From positions 93,887-157,886 of the forward strand of contig JAVCBW010000005.1 in NCBI GenBank assembly GCA_037917675.1: 64,000 nt of DNA. The letters run 5' to 3'. Each line of letters starts with the position of its first letter. Positions within the stretch are counted from its first letter, which is position 1. Origin of the DNA: Thermoproteota archaeon. Its GTDB lineage: Archaea > Korarchaeota > Korarchaeia > B14-G2. Position numbers and translations under genes: made by a program. This document shows positions 38,526-47,884 of this stretch, piece by piece. The notes under the pieces were generated by a model, which had not been told where the DNA came from, made no database searches, and was given only the letters and a program-made list of their open reading frames with translations.

Positions 38526-39150
38526 GAGGTTCATATGGGAGACTCCAGATGTAGACGAGATCCTTGGGTTAGCAGAGATCATAGAGAGGACAGCATCACA
38601 TATGGGAAAGTGTAGAAGCCTGTATGCTGCTCTGGTAGAGGGGTGCAGAGAGTATAGAGGGTATATGAAGGAGCTGGTTCAGGAGGCAGCCAGAAGAGCT
38701 AGCTCAGGAGAGTATACGGTGGAGGAGCTTGCGGCAAAGTTGGAGGAGACATTTCCTACGAGAGGGAAGATCCTCAGGCTCCTCCTCCTAAGCAGAGTAG
38801 ATTTAGAAGAGCTAAGCAGGAACATCAGAGAGCTCCACATGATGTTGCTTAGTGAGGCTGTGATCGCTAGGAAACTAGCATCTTCTCTTAGAGAGATGCA
38901 TAGGAGAGCGCTTCTCCTGCTATCTCTCCTGACAGCCTCATCTATAGGGCTTCTCAGAGTTAGGGATGTACTGGCAGGAGCCAGCGTGCTCAGAGCCGCC
39001 CAAAGTACACCTTGGTATGCTCTAGCAGCTGTCATGGGGGTTAATATTGTAGTTCTGTCAAGGCTCTGCCAGCTTAGCATAGTTAGGTCTCTGCTAGCTA
39101 CAGTCTTGGGGGCACTCTTGGGGTACCTCCTCTTTTGGGTGGTATTCTGA
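38485..39150 (+). CDS. TadC/FlaJ-like membrane platform protein, second half.
   Basis: A cytoplasmic helical domain is followed by three C-terminal TM segments. It overlaps the previous ORF by 41 nt in another frame. Confidence 0.45.
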   Translation: MYLSTGAGPRLRSRRFIWETPDVDEILGLAEIIERTASHMGKCRSLYAALVEGCREYRGYMKELVQEAARRASSGEYTVEELAAKLEETFPTRGKILRLLLLSRVDLEELSRNIRELHMMLLSEAVIARKLASSLREMHRRALLLLSLLTASSIGLLRVRDVLAGASVLRAAQSTPWYALAAVMGVNIVVLSRLCQLSIVRSLLATVLGALLGYLLFWVVF

Positions 39151-39647
39151 ACATGCTGCTAGCTTTAGGCTGCATTCCAATAGCATGCTCTATAGTAACA
39201 GACTTGATCTATGGTAAGGTGTATAACGCGGCCATAGCTGCTGAGCTAGCGATACTAGCAGCACTATCATACACTAGTGGCAGCTGTAGGGGCTTCGCAT
39301 ACCTGCTAGCTACAATCCCACCTTCACTAGCGTTGTTCTCAGCTGGGCTTGGTGGAGGAGACTGTAAGCTGCTAATGACTACATCAGCCCTCATATCCAC
39401 CATAAACCTGAAGGCTGGAGCATACATGTACGTGTACTTTCTAGCCCTACTTCATCCAGCCTGGTATCTACGTGAAGGAAAAGTGAAGGGCATTGTGTCA
39501 GCGATGCTAGCTTCTCTGCCAGCTCCCAAAATAGCCCCATACACGTGGCTAATGCTTGCTGCATCCTCCTCATTTAGCAAAAGAGGGGTGCTAGCTACTC
39601 CACTTATTATGCTAGCTTATACTATGGCAGCTAGCTATGTAGTCTGA
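39135..39647 (+). CDS. Prepilin/preflagellin peptidase (A24 family, PibD/FlaK-like), short form.
   Basis: It is polytopic, with the first Asp in TM1 (IVTDLIYGK) and a conserved LGGGDCKLLM motif. Confidence 0.65.
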   Translation: MGGILNMLLALGCIPIACSIVTDLIYGKVYNAAIAAELAILAALSYTSGSCRGFAYLLATIPPSLALFSAGLGGGDCKLLMTTSALISTINLKAGAYMYVYFLALLHPAWYLREGKVKGIVSAMLASLPAPKIAPYTWLMLAASSSFSKRGVLATPLIMLAYTMAASYVV

Positions 39648-40959
39648 GCTTTATGTACTCATAAGCTAGCCTCCCGCTCTCAAAGCAGTAGTGTATGCTC
39701 CTGAACCCCCTTCTGAACTCAGATACCTTCTGGAAGACCTCTCTCGGATCCCTTTTATCGATTATAACCTCTCTAATGAAGCGAGCTATCTCATCCATAT
39801 CGCTCTCCTTCATGCCAAGCCTAGTTACCTCAGAAACTCCCAGCCTTATCCCTCCAGGCTCTCTGAAGCCCCTCCCAAGCCGGATGTCCCATGGGAGCAG
39901 GTTCCTGTTCACTATGATCCCAGCCTCCTCTAGAGCTCTCTCAGCCCAGGCTCCATTCCCATGCTCCCATACGTCTACTAGCACGGTATGGCTCTCTGTG
40001 AAGCCTCTCTTCTCACCCACTACCTTAAAGCCCTCTCCACATAGAGCTTCAGCGAGCCTCTTGGCATTCCTTATGATCTGGCTACAGTACTCCTTTCCGA
40101 ACTCAAGCATCTCAGCTAGAGCAACAGCCAGCCCAGCTACATTGTGGAGGTGGTGATTGCTGGTTACACCTGGGAAAACAGCCTTCTTTATCTTCTCAAA
40201 GTGTTCTTCGCTATTGGTTATTATAGCACCATGTTGTGGGCCAGGTAGCGTCTTATGTGTAGACATGCTGACGGTGTCAGCGCCTTCACCTAGAGGATCC
40301 TGAAAAAGCCCTGCTCCAATCAGCCCTGCTACGTGAGCTGCATCATAGTTGACTACAGCTCCGACAGTATGCGCCACCTCAGATAGCTCGCGGACTGGTG
40401 CAGGGAATAAGAATACGCTTGCTCCGAGCATTATGAGCTTAGGCCTGCTAGCCTCGATGGCCTTAGTGGCTCGATCCACGTCTATGGTGAAGTTCTCTTC
40501 ATCAAAGGGCAGATACTCCACTTTGAGCCTAGCTACAGCCCCTGCAGTTCCACCGATTTTAGCGCCAGTCTTGCCTATGTCAGGCCCCATTGATATGTGG
40601 CCTCCGCTTGGTATCGACTGGGCGAACATGGTGTCTCCAGCCTTAGTGAAGGCTGTGTAGATGGCCAGGTTGGCAACTACACCTGACGTCGGCCTGACAT
40701 CAGCATACCTACATCGAAACAGCTCTTTCATCAGGTCTATGCAGAGAAGCTCGACTTTATCTATGAGCTTACAGCCAGCATAGACACGTTCACCAGGCCA
40801 GCCTTCAGCATATCTATGGCCGAAGTCAGAGATCATGGCCTCCTTTACAGCTGGACTCACTATATTCTCACTAGCTATCAGAGGGATAACATTATCGAAC
40901 CATCTGTGATGCTCTTCTAGGAGCTTAAAAACCCTTTCATATGCCTGTCTGTACCCCAT
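39631..40959 (-). CDS. glyA: Serine hydroxymethyltransferase.
   Basis: Supporting sequences are LIASENIVSPAVKEAMISDFGHRYAEG and the PLP-Lys region STHKTLPGPQHG. Confidence 0.85.
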   Translation of the reverse strand: MGYRQAYERVFKLLEEHHRWFDNVIPLIASENIVSPAVKEAMISDFGHRYAEGWPGERVYAGCKLIDKVELLCIDLMKELFRCRYADVRPTSGVVANLAIYTAFTKAGDTMFAQSIPSGGHISMGPDIGKTGAKIGGTAGAVARLKVEYLPFDEENFTIDVDRATKAIEASRPKLIMLGASVFLFPAPVRELSEVAHTVGAVVNYDAAHVAGLIGAGLFQDPLGEGADTVSMSTHKTLPGPQHGAIITNSEEHFEKIKKAVFPGVTSNHHLHNVAGLAVALAEMLEFGKEYCSQIIRNAKRLAEALCGEGFKVVGEKRGFTESHTVLVDVWEHGNGAWAERALEEAGIIVNRNLLPWDIRLGRGFREPGGIRLGVSEVTRLGMKESDMDEIARFIREVIIDKRDPREVFQKVSEFRRGFRSIHYCFESGRLAYEYIKLRLHS

Positions 40960-40974
40960 GACATGCTCATGTAG

Positions 40975-42192
40975 CTAGTGCTGAAAACCTTTTCCCATGC
41001 TCCATTCAGCTATCCTTTGCTCAGCTTCATCTAGGAACTTAGAGAGAGTGCTTCTTGGAAGGATAGCTGACCCTGCATAGTCGTGGCCGTCACCGAGCTC
41101 TCCGACGGCTCTAGCTGCTGATGAGATCACTAAGCTTATAGGAGGCTTGCCTCCGGATTCTATCTCTCTCCTGAGGCCTCTGGGGGCTCTCATGGAAGCC
41201 TTCATGAGATCTCTACCATGCTCTCCAAGCCCGGGGATCTGTGGCTCCAGCTCCATGAGCCCAAGCAGATACTTGCTCTGGTCAACCAGCCTGTAGTTAG
41301 AGAGCATAGAGCAGAAGCTTCCAATAACCTTACTTCCCATCCCTCTAAAGGCTCTGCCAGCATTGAAGTACTGTATGTTCTCGGTTGAAGACAGTCCCTT
41401 TCTCGCTAAGATCGCTGTGAGCCTCTTAAATGCCTTCTTACGCTCACTTCTTAAAGCCTCAGCCATCTCATTGACATCGCTACTGAACCCCTCTAGAAGA
41501 GCTTTGACTCCAGCCTCAGGGCCTCCCTTATAGTACCCCACAGAGCCTAGGACTTGAAGCGTTGAAAAAGCCTTTGAAAGAGAGGAGCCTAAGCTTACAG
41601 ACACCAGCTGCTTACCAGACCTCTCTACAGCACCAGTAGATAACGCTTCCTTGAGGACAATCTTGGTGAAGAAGCCATCCATCTTAGGTAACTCGTGTGC
41701 TCCGACGAGAGCCACATGAGGAAGAGAAGCCCCAGCCAGCTCCTTAGCAAATATGTAAGCCACAATGCTCCCGCTAGCATCGACTTCACCCTGAAAACCA
41801 TAGAGCTCAGGGTTGATGTTTGCTATACGCCTACCTGAGTAATCAGTGTTGTGGTGATCAAGTATGACGATAGCCTCATCAGGCATCATCTCCTCAATGA
41901 GGCTGGCATGAGGAGAGGCTAGATCAGCATAGATGAGTAGGTCAAAAGCTCTCTTATGAAGTAGCTCAAGAGCACTCAAGCTTAGCCTCTCTAGACATAT
42001 GGTAGTCGGCTGGTAGCCTATCTTCCTCAAGGCATCTAACAGGATTGCAGCGGAAGAAAGGCCATCTGCATCATCATGGTACACAAGCCCTACACGACTC
42101 CAGCTGCCGCCCTTAACTAGGTCAACAGCCTCTCTAACAGCTCTCATGAAGTCAGAAGCAGACCCCATGAAGACCCTAATATAGGGGTACAT
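40975..42192 (-). CDS. DHH-family phosphoesterase (DHH plus DHHA1; RecJ/NrnA-like).
   Basis: Supporting sequences are YHDDADGLSSAAIL, ILDHHNTD and a DHHA1-like GGH region. Confidence 0.6.
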   Translation of the reverse strand: MYPYIRVFMGSASDFMRAVREAVDLVKGGSWSRVGLVYHDDADGLSSAAILLDALRKIGYQPTTICLERLSLSALELLHKRAFDLLIYADLASPHASLIEEMMPDEAIVILDHHNTDYSGRRIANINPELYGFQGEVDASGSIVAYIFAKELAGASLPHVALVGAHELPKMDGFFTKIVLKEALSTGAVERSGKQLVSVSLGSSLSKAFSTLQVLGSVGYYKGGPEAGVKALLEGFSSDVNEMAEALRSERKKAFKRLTAILARKGLSSTENIQYFNAGRAFRGMGSKVIGSFCSMLSNYRLVDQSKYLLGLMELEPQIPGLGEHGRDLMKASMRAPRGLRREIESGGKPPISLVISSAARAVGELGDGHDYAGSAILPRSTLSKFLDEAEQRIAEWSMGKGFQH

Positions 42193-42533
42193 AAGCAGAA
42201 AAACCTAACGTCCCATAAGGCTACTAGCCCCTGGCAATCCTCAGGAGGCTATCTGGAATTCCATGTATAAGAGCTGACTCAAAGCTGCCAAAGCATAAAA
42301 GTTAATAGACCCCCTCCAGTAGGGTGTGAAGCCTAAGCAACTTGATCGACACAATGCCTAGCATGCCCTAGCAGGCTAAGAGTAATGCAGATACACTAGG
42401 AGATGTTGCTAGCATCTTCCACCAGTTTAACACATAAGCTATAAGAGACGTAAGGAGAGCTCTGCTCATCTGTTATATGGAGGCTAAGTAGCTGGGAGAA
42501 ACTCTTAATAGGTTAGGGGTAACTACTGAGCTG

Positions 42534-42587
42534 ATGATGAATGCTTCCGGGACTGAGCTAGGCGATGATGTAAAGGCATTTGACTGA
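42534..42587 (+). ncRNA. Candidate C/D-box sRNA (C-guide-D'-C'-guide-D).
   Basis: The C box is AUGAUGA (42534-40). A 12-nt spacer precedes D' CUGA (42553-56). After 7 nt comes C' GAUGAUG (42564-70). A 13-nt spacer precedes D CUGA (42584-87). It ends 10 nt before the ATG of the next gene. Confidence 0.45.
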
Positions 42588-42597
42588 GGGGACATAG

Positions 42598-43530
42598 ATG
42601 ATTAGAGTTGGGGTAGTAGGCTGCGGCTGGTTTGGTAGAGCACACTGTAGAACCTATAGGACGCTGAGTGGAGTCGAGCTTGTTGCAGTAGCGGACAAAG
42701 ACAGGCATAGGGCACAGGAGGCAGCAAAAGAGTACTCCTGCAGAGCGTATACGAGCTTAGAGGAGATGGTGATGAGGGAAGATCTTGATGCAGTCAGTAT
42801 AGCAGTAACTCCACAGATGCTTACTAGAGTAGCAGTAGAAGCAGCTAGAGAAGGAGTAGCAATCCTCCTAGAAAAACCTCTTGCAACAAGCCTAAGTGAG
42901 TACGAGGAGCTATACAGGGTCATTAAGAAGGAAAGCTGCCTGATGATGCCTGGGTTCATAGAGCTCTTTAACCCAGCATATAGAGCTTTGAAGGAGGTGG
43001 CTAAACACGAAATAGGAGAACTATACCTGCTGAGCTCGAAGAGAATAGGATGGAACCCAAAGAGAGAGGTCAAGTGGGAAATAGGAGTCATCCATGACCT
43101 TGCAATACATGACATCTACTTGTTCAGAGACATGTGTGGACAACCCTCTAGGGTAAATTGCCGAGCAGGGTACATCCTCAACAGCAAGTATGAGGACATT
43201 GCGATAATAACAATGGAGTTCCCTAGTGGAGTCTTCGGGGTGATTGAAACAAACTGGATAACTCCTACAGGGGAAAGGGTGCTTAGAGCCACAGGGTCTA
43301 GAGGGTCAGCTGAGATAGACTTCTTAGCTCAAAGTCTCGAGATCAAGTTTAGAGAGAAGACTGTGAAGCCTCATATGAGGAGGGAGGAGCCGCTTAGAGT
43401 AGAGCTCCAAGCGTTCATAGATGGCGTTAAAAGAGGGGAGGCGAGACTGAATGAGGATGACGGCTTGTCTGTCTGGAAAATCCTACAAAAAGCCATAGAT
43501 GAGGCGAGAGGGGGTAGAGCTAGGTTGTGA
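42598..43530 (+). CDS. Gfo/Idh/MocA-family NAD(P)-dependent oxidoreductase.
   Basis: The N-terminal Rossmann motif is IRVGVVGCGWFGRAH. The size and C-terminal alpha/beta domain fit the family. Confidence 0.7.
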   Translation: MIRVGVVGCGWFGRAHCRTYRTLSGVELVAVADKDRHRAQEAAKEYSCRAYTSLEEMVMREDLDAVSIAVTPQMLTRVAVEAAREGVAILLEKPLATSLSEYEELYRVIKKESCLMMPGFIELFNPAYRALKEVAKHEIGELYLLSSKRIGWNPKREVKWEIGVIHDLAIHDIYLFRDMCGQPSRVNCRAGYILNSKYEDIAIITMEFPSGVFGVIETNWITPTGERVLRATGSRGSAEIDFLAQSLEIKFREKTVKPHMRREEPLRVELQAFIDGVKRGEARLNEDDGLSVWKILQKAIDEARGGRARL

Positions 43531-43722
43531 TAGAGAATTCCTATAGGCTGTGGCTGCAGGTGCTTGAATGAGAAGCTCAGCCAGCTCATCTTCTGCTAGC
43601 TGAGCTAGGCAAGATTAATGTACAGATCTTCTATGTTAGAGCATAGTGTATGCTTAAGATGACGCCTGAAGCTATTATGTTTGTAGAGATAGCAGCCTGA
43701 TAGCAGCAGTGGAGGTGGTGAA

Positions 43723-44826
43723 GTGGAAGGTGAGAGGGCTATTTTCGAGTACAGGGGCTTCAACGAGATATACTACGAGAGCGGAGGAGGCATAGACGAG
43801 CTATATGAAAAGGGGTATGTTGAGAAGCTTCCAAGTGGAGAGTATGTGATGCCATCAGTAGCAGCAGTCCACTTGCTTGAGCAAGGTAAGGTGGTGATAA
43901 GGGAGGAGGGGAGAGAGGTTACAGCACTGGAGGTCTTAGAAGATGCTGTGAAAGCTAGCCCAGACAATATACTAAGGTACTTCGTCTTTAAGGATCTCAG
44001 AACAAAGGGGAGGCTAGCTAAAGTTGAACTTAACACCCCGTTCATAAGGCTATACCCAAGAGGAGGGAGAGTAGGAGAAACACCAGCAACCACGCTGATC
44101 TACTGCATATCAGAGGATAAGCCCATAAGGCAGAGCGAAATACTGGAGAAGATAAAGTATGCTCAGCTAGCTAGGAAAAGCCTCATATTTGCAGTAATCG
44201 ATGACGAGATGAACATAAGCTACTATGCTGCAGAGGAGTTCGAGCCAAAGAAGATACGTGAAGTAGACTTATCCTTTCCTGAAGCTGATGGCATAGTCAT
44301 GCATGACAGAGTCATAGTATGGGACCATGAAGTTGGGAATGCCATATATAAGGCAGGTTTCTGGGGGCACTTTATAGGGGTAGCTAAGCCGAGGCATGAC
44401 CAGTACTATGAGAAGCCACTCCAGCTCTCCCTGACCGAGGCATGCTATCTAGCTGAGAAGAAGAAGATAAAGCTATATAGGGTAGGGACACATAGCCTAG
44501 TGAGCACCAAAGAGATAGCTGAGCTTCATGCTAAAAGCAGGGTTAAGGGAGCAGAGAAGATAGTAGCATACACATACTGGAGGGATAGGGGATACGTAGT
44601 TAAGCCAGCGTCAAAGTATGGGGTGGACTTCATGTTCTATGAGCTTGGGCCGGGAATAGACCATGGGCCCTATATGTGCCTCGTCTCAACCCCTGATGAA
44701 ATGATACTCCCAGTTGAGCTTATCAGAGCAGGGCGTATAGCGACTTCAGTGAGAAAAACCTTTGTTGTGACCGTAGTTGATGGGAGTAGAGTAGTTAACT
44801 ATAAGTTCAGCTGGAGGAAGCTTTAA
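43723..44826 (+). CDS. endA: tRNA-splicing endonuclease, long two-repeat form (degenerate N-terminal unit plus catalytic C-terminal unit).
   Basis: The C-terminal unit is SLTEACYLAEKK...AYTYWRDRGYVVKPASKYGVDFMFYELGPGIDHGPYMCLV, with catalytic Tyr/His/Lys as in the archaeal EndA active site. The N-terminal unit is YFVFKDLRTKGRLAKV...LIFAVIDDEMNISYY. The start is GTG. Confidence 0.7.
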   Translation: MEGERAIFEYRGFNEIYYESGGGIDELYEKGYVEKLPSGEYVMPSVAAVHLLEQGKVVIREEGREVTALEVLEDAVKASPDNILRYFVFKDLRTKGRLAKVELNTPFIRLYPRGGRVGETPATTLIYCISEDKPIRQSEILEKIKYAQLARKSLIFAVIDDEMNISYYAAEEFEPKKIREVDLSFPEADGIVMHDRVIVWDHEVGNAIYKAGFWGHFIGVAKPRHDQYYEKPLQLSLTEACYLAEKKKIKLYRVGTHSLVSTKEIAELHAKSRVKGAEKIVAYTYWRDRGYVVKPASKYGVDFMFYELGPGIDHGPYMCLVSTPDEMILPVELIRAGRIATSVRKTFVVTVVDGSRVVNYKFSWRKL

Positions 44827-45247
44827 GTGGAAGCGGAGGCACTCTCCCAGAAGCCATGTTCAGGAAGTCTCTCAGCTTCATCCACGACCTCCTTGCCTCA
44901 TCTAGCTTAACTGAGAAGGTCTTACCCCTCCTTTCAGGTATTTCTGTAGCTCTTATGAAGAAGAGCTCGCCTGGAGCCAGCTTTGTAAACGCAGCCACCA
45001 GCCAAGGCTCTGCGCTGAATTTCTCACAGAATATAGCCAGCTGAGCTATCTCATCCCACGTATACTTGATCCTGTCTCCAGCTGTCGATTTAACTTGGAA
45101 AGCATAGAGCCTGCCATCTATACAGGCCAAGACATCTGGAGATGGATGTACCGAAGCCCCACTACCAGGGCTTCTGAGAGCCCCATATCCACTTCTCCAC
45201 ATGATGTCCACAAGCTTACGCTCGATATACTCACCTCTCTTCGGCAA
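44807..45247 (-). CDS. hjc: Holliday junction resolvase Hjc.
   Basis: Supporting sequences are GEYIERKLVDIMWRSGYGALRSPGSG and PDVLACIDGRLYAFQVKS (catalytic E/D/K). Confidence 0.8.
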   Translation of the reverse strand: MPKRGEYIERKLVDIMWRSGYGALRSPGSGASVHPSPDVLACIDGRLYAFQVKSTAGDRIKYTWDEIAQLAIFCEKFSAEPWLVAAFTKLAPGELFFIRATEIPERRGKTFSVKLDEARRSWMKLRDFLNMASGRVPPLPLKASSS

Positions 45248-45248
45248 G

Positions 45249-46157
45249 CTACCACCTTAATGGAGCTGCTATAACATGGTTGCCATCTCCATCAACTATG
45301 ACTGTAGCCTCAGCTTGAGCAACAATGCTATCTGAAGACTCAACTAGTGGAGGATAGGCCCTAAGCGCACCTACTTTAGCTAGCTTGTCGAGCTCAGGGA
45401 CATAGAGTGCTCCAAGCTCCCTTCTAACCCACCGTCTACAGAACGGTAGCCCTTTGAGGTCAGATGCATATGATAGAATAGGTGCTTCAGCCCTCCTCCT
45501 GGGTTTCCTGAACCTAGCTAGAGAGAATATCTGAGCTGGAGGATGCTCGATCACGGTACCTGCTGCATCAGGAAGTGTAGCGAAAGGCTCGATAGCGAGG
45601 ACATCTCCTGTCTTAAGCTTGTATAGCGAGGACCAAGATCTTACGTTTGGGATTGAGACACCTGCATGAAGCCGATATCTCCCTATCATGTGTCCGGTTA
45701 GGTTTGAAACAGGCTTTGCACCATGCCTTCTTATCTCCTCATCTATTATGTAGCTTATCTCACGGACCCTTACTCCTTCTCTCACGTGAGACAGAGCTTT
45801 CTCGAGAGCTGCCTCACAGGCCTCCTTGAGCTCTACCCCTTGGTCTCCTACACAAACTGAGACAGCTGCATCGGCTATGTAGCCTTCATAGTGTACACCG
45901 ATGTCTAGCTTTACAAGTGCAAGCTCACCAACCTCCAAGTCGTCTTCAGGACCTGCTGTATAGTGAGCTGCAATGCTATCCACTGAGAAGTTGACTGGAA
46001 AGGCCGGCTTACACCCAGCTTTACTGATCTCCAGCTCTATCTGATCACAGATGCTCAGAGCAGATGTACCCTGAGAGATGCGCCTAGAGTACTTCATCAG
46101 GAGCCTCGATAAGACATGCCCAGCCTTAGCATATCCATCTATTACACTGGATTCCAT
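45249..46157 (-). CDS. map: Methionine aminopeptidase, type 2 (archaeal).
   Basis: The pita-bread fold is supported by the metal ligands DIGVHYEGYIADAA, HG and EPF, at 302 aa. Confidence 0.8.
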   Translation of the reverse strand: MESSVIDGYAKAGHVLSRLLMKYSRRISQGTSALSICDQIELEISKAGCKPAFPVNFSVDSIAAHYTAGPEDDLEVGELALVKLDIGVHYEGYIADAAVSVCVGDQGVELKEACEAALEKALSHVREGVRVREISYIIDEEIRRHGAKPVSNLTGHMIGRYRLHAGVSIPNVRSWSSLYKLKTGDVLAIEPFATLPDAAGTVIEHPPAQIFSLARFRKPRRRAEAPILSYASDLKGLPFCRRWVRRELGALYVPELDKLAKVGALRAYPPLVESSDSIVAQAEATVIVDGDGNHVIAAPLRW

Positions 46158-46218
46158 TATATGTAGCTAGCAGCCATACAATATATTCTTTTAGAAGACT
46201 ACACTCTGGACATGATGT

Positions 46219-46857
46219 ATGCGGGTGATTAAGGTAGATTATGACAAGCCAGATAGAAAAGCTATTGAGATGGCAGTTGAGGTGCTGAAGCTCGGTGGGC
46301 TTGTAGTATACCCCACAGACACAGCGTATGCGCTTGGAGCTGATGCGCTCAACACCAGAGCTGTCCTAGACGTCTATGCAGCAAAAAGGAGGCCTCTTAA
46401 CAGGTACCTGACGGTAACAGTCTCTGACACTAAGATGGCAGAAGAGTATGCGATAGTGACTGACATAGCTAGAGCTATCATGGAGAGACTCATGCCTGGG
46501 CCTATCACAGTGATTCTCCAGAAGAGGGCTAGGATACCTGATGTAGTGAACCCTAGGCACATCGGCATAAGGATCCCAGACTGTAAGATTGCAGTAGAGC
46601 TAGCTAAGAGGCTTGGGAGGCCTGTTGTAGCGACGAGCGCAAACATAACAGGTATGCCTCCACCCTACTCTGCTCTTGAAGCATATAGACAGCTCGGGAG
46701 CCTAGTACACTTAGTGCTAGATGCAGGACAGCTGCCTATCAGGAAGCCTTCGACGATAGTGGATGTAACAGGAGCTGCACCTACCTTAGTGAGAGAGGGG
46801 CCTGTCTCATTCTCAGAGATCCTTAGGGAGGTGAGGGATGCTATCGCTAGGCATTGA
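46219..46857 (+). CDS. L-threonylcarbamoyladenylate synthase (YrdC/Sua5-like, short form).
   Basis: Supporting sequences are VVYPTDTAYALGADA, KRRP and ...SANITG. Confidence 0.75.
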   Translation: MRVIKVDYDKPDRKAIEMAVEVLKLGGLVVYPTDTAYALGADALNTRAVLDVYAAKRRPLNRYLTVTVSDTKMAEEYAIVTDIARAIMERLMPGPITVILQKRARIPDVVNPRHIGIRIPDCKIAVELAKRLGRPVVATSANITGMPPPYSALEAYRQLGSLVHLVLDAGQLPIRKPSTIVDVTGAAPTLVREGPVSFSEILREVRDAIARH

Positions 46858-47884
46858 ATCTACTGCTCACACGTTTGGAATAGGTGTAGTGACAAGTGAG
46901 GGCAGGATACTAGTAGATGAGAGAGCTGTCTATACGCCTCCATCAGGAGGTATAAAGCCTCAGGAGGCAAGTGAACACCACTATCATGCTGTGAGTGAGG
47001 TCATAAAAAGGGTCTTTAACACCATTAAACCAGAGGATATAGGTGTAGTGTGCTTTTCAAGAGGCCCAGGGCTACCACCCTGCCTTAGCATAGGAGCTAT
47101 AGTAGCAAGAACTCTAGCACATGCACTTGGCAAAAAGCTGATAGGAGTTAACCACTGTACTGCACATGTTGAGCTAGCTAGACTGCTCTCAGGATTCCAT
47201 GACCCAGTTATCGTCTATGTGTCAGGAGGCAACACGCAGGTAATAGCGTACTCTGAGGGGAGATACAGGGTTTTCGGGGAGACTGAGGACCTTGGGCTTG
47301 GAAACGCCCAGGATAAGCTTGCCAGAGAGCTTGGAGTCCCGAACCCACCAGGCCCCTACATGGATAAGGTCGTTGGGAAGTGGATAGAGCTACCCTATAC
47401 TGTGAAAGGCATGAATCTCGCCTATAGTGGGCTGGTTACAGAAGCTGTCAAGAGAGCTAAGCAGGGGGCTAGAGTAGAGGATGTGATTTATAGCTTCATG
47501 GAGGTCAGCTTCTCCATGCTAGTTGAAGTAGCTGAGAGGGTGCTAGCGCACGTGGGTAAACAGCAGCTTACGCTCACAGGAGGAGTTGCAGCCTCACCGA
47601 AACTGAGAGAGAAGTTCAGGCTGATGTGCGAGGAGAGGGGAGTAGAGTTCTATGCAGTAGAGCCGAAGCTAGCTAGAGACAATGGAGCTATGATAGCTTG
47701 GACAGGTATACTAGCATACATGCAAGGTAAGTGGATGGATGAAAGCTGGATTAAGCCAAGCTGGAGAATAGATGATGATAGCTGGGAGCTTATCGATCTA
47801 ACCAAGCTGGTGGAGAAGGGAGGTGACGTATGTGAAGATACTTGTAAGCGGGCTAGCAGGCACTGGAAAGACGACGCTATGTAA
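46838..47884 (+). CDS. kae1: Kae1/TsaD tRNA N6-threonylcarbamoyladenosine transferase.
   Basis: Supporting sequences are LGIESTAHTFGIGVV, HCTAHVE and VSGGN. Confidence 0.85.
   Translation: MLSLGIESTAHTFGIGVVTSEGRILVDERAVYTPPSGGIKPQEASEHHYHAVSEVIKRVFNTIKPEDIGVVCFSRGPGLPPCLSIGAIVARTLAHALGKKLIGVNHCTAHVELARLLSGFHDPVIVYVSGGNTQVIAYSEGRYRVFGETEDLGLGNAQDKLARELGVPNPPGPYMDKVVGKWIELPYTVKGMNLAYSGLVTEAVKRAKQGARVEDVIYSFMEVSFSMLVEVAERVLAHVGKQQLTLTGGVAASPKLREKFRLMCEERGVEFYAVEPKLARDNGAMIAWTGILAYMQGKWMDESWIKPSWRIDDDSWELIDLTKLVEKGGDVCEDTCKRASRHWKDDAM

Noticed and set aside
42523-42708. 61-aa minus-strand ORF overlapping the C/D-box sRNA candidate and the oxidoreductase 5' end.
   Set aside because: It is antisense to the oxidoreductase start with no motif. 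The region is better explained by the sRNA plus the plus-strand gene.
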